Assembly (NCBI RefSeq): GCF_048403405.1
Contig: NZ_CP183129.1
Strand: one strand, 5' to 3'
Length of the DNA stretch: 64,000 nt
DNA from: Escherichia coli
GTDB taxonomy: Bacteria; Pseudomonadota; Gammaproteobacteria; Enterobacterales; Enterobacteriaceae
Part shown: in pieces, positions 63,159 through 64,000 of the stretch
How positions within the stretch are numbered: position 1 is the stretch's first letter
Layout: each line of letters starts with the position of its first letter
The notes under the pieces: generated by a model
Databases searched by the model: none
Told to the model about the DNA's origin: nothing
Seen by the model: only the letters and a program-made list of their open reading frames with translations
Made by a program: the position numbers and the translations under genes

Positions 63159-64000
63159 ATGAAAATTAACTATCCGTTGCTGGCGCTGGCGATTGGCGCG
63201 TTTGGTATCGGGACAACGGAGTTCTCGCCAATGGGCTTGTTGCCCGTCATTGCGCGCGGTGTGGATGTCTCGATTCCCGCTGCCGGAATGTTAATCAGTG
63301 CCTATGCAGTTGGCGTAATGGTTGGCGCGCCGCTGATGACGCTTCTACTTTCTCATCGTGCCCGCCGCAGTGCGTTGATTTTCCTGATGGCAATTTTCAC
63401 GCTCGGCAACGTACTTTCCGCCATCGCGCCGGATTATATGACCCTGATGCTTTCACGCATTTTGACCAGCCTGAATCACGGAGCATTTTTTGGTTTGGGT
63501 TCAGTCGTGGCCGCAAGCGTGGTGCCAAAACATAAACAGGCCAGCGCAGTTGCCACTATGTTTATGGGGTTAACCCTGGCAAATATCGGTGGCGTGCCGG
63601 CGGCGACCTGGTTGGGTGAAACCATCGGCTGGCGGATGTCATTTCTGGCAACGGCGGGGCTGGGAGTGATTTCAATGGTAAGTCTGTTCTTCTCATTACC
63701 TAAAGGTGGTGCAGGGGCACGACCTGAAGTGAAAAAAGAGCTGGCGGTATTAATGCGTCCGCAGGTGCTGTCTGCATTGCTGACGACGGTACTGGGAGCT
63801 GGTGCAATGTTTACTCTCTACACCTATATCTCTCCGGTACTACAAAGTATTACCCACGCAACACCAGTGTTCGTCACGGCAATGCTGGTGCTGATTGGTG
63901 TCGGATTCTCTATCGGTAACTATCTCGGCGGCAAACTGGCAGATCGTTCAGTTAACGGCACGTTGAAAGGCTTTTTGTTGTTGTTGATGGTGATTATGCT
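63159..64000 (+). CDS. ydhP: MFS transporter YdhP, 3'-truncated by the window edge
   Basis: ATG at 63159 preceded by GAGGTGGAG; translates MKINYPLLALAIGAFGIGTTEFSPMGLLPVIARGVDVSIPAAGMLISAYAVGVMVGAPLMTLL... and stays open to the window end. Confidence 0.88.
   Translation, partial: MKINYPLLALAIGAFGIGTTEFSPMGLLPVIARGVDVSIPAAGMLISAYAVGVMVGAPLMTLLLSHRARRSALIFLMAIFTLGNVLSAIAPDYMTLMLSRILTSLNHGAFFGLGSVVAASVVPKHKQASAVATMFMGLTLANIGGVPAATWLGETIGWRMSFLATAGLGVISMVSLFFSLPKGGAGARPEVKKELAVLMRPQVLSALLTTVLGAGAMFTLYTYISPVLQSITHATPVFVTAMLVLIGVGFSIGNYLGGKLADRSVNGTLKGFLLLLMVIM

Overview
This window reads as a contiguous, syntenic stretch of Escherichia coli K-12-type core chromosome, reverse-complemented relative to the usual K-12 orientation, running from the 3' part of infC to the 5' part of ydhP. 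I found no sign of an undescribed system or of foreign DNA: there is no integrase, transposase, phage gene, CRISPR array or toxin-antitoxin pair, the six-frame track leaves no unassigned long ORF in any intergenic gap, and gene order and protein lengths match what I recall for K-12. All gene identifications are from reading the translations against memory, not from a database search. Gene order is infC(partial)-rpmI-rplT-pheM-pheS-pheT-ihfA-btuCED-nlpC-ydiV-selO-ydiE-aroH-ppsR-ppsA-fadK-ydiTSRQ-ydiP-ydiO-ydiF-aroD-ydiB-ydiN-ydiM-ydiL-rprA-ydiK-ydiJ-menI-ydiH-rydB-sufABCDSE-ldtE-lpp-pykF-ydhZ-ydhYVWXUT-ydhS-ydhR-two tRNA-Val-ydhQ-mdtK-ribC-cfa-ydhC-ydhB-purR-ynhF-ydhP(partial). The two things that deviate from expectation are apparent frameshifts in ydiJ (split into two overlapping ORFs) and ydiL (truncated at a T6 run). 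Other items worth a second look are a 34-codon upstream ORF whose stop overlaps the ydiV start codon, and the poorly understood ydhYVWXUT and ydiF/ydiO/ydiQRST/fadK clusters.
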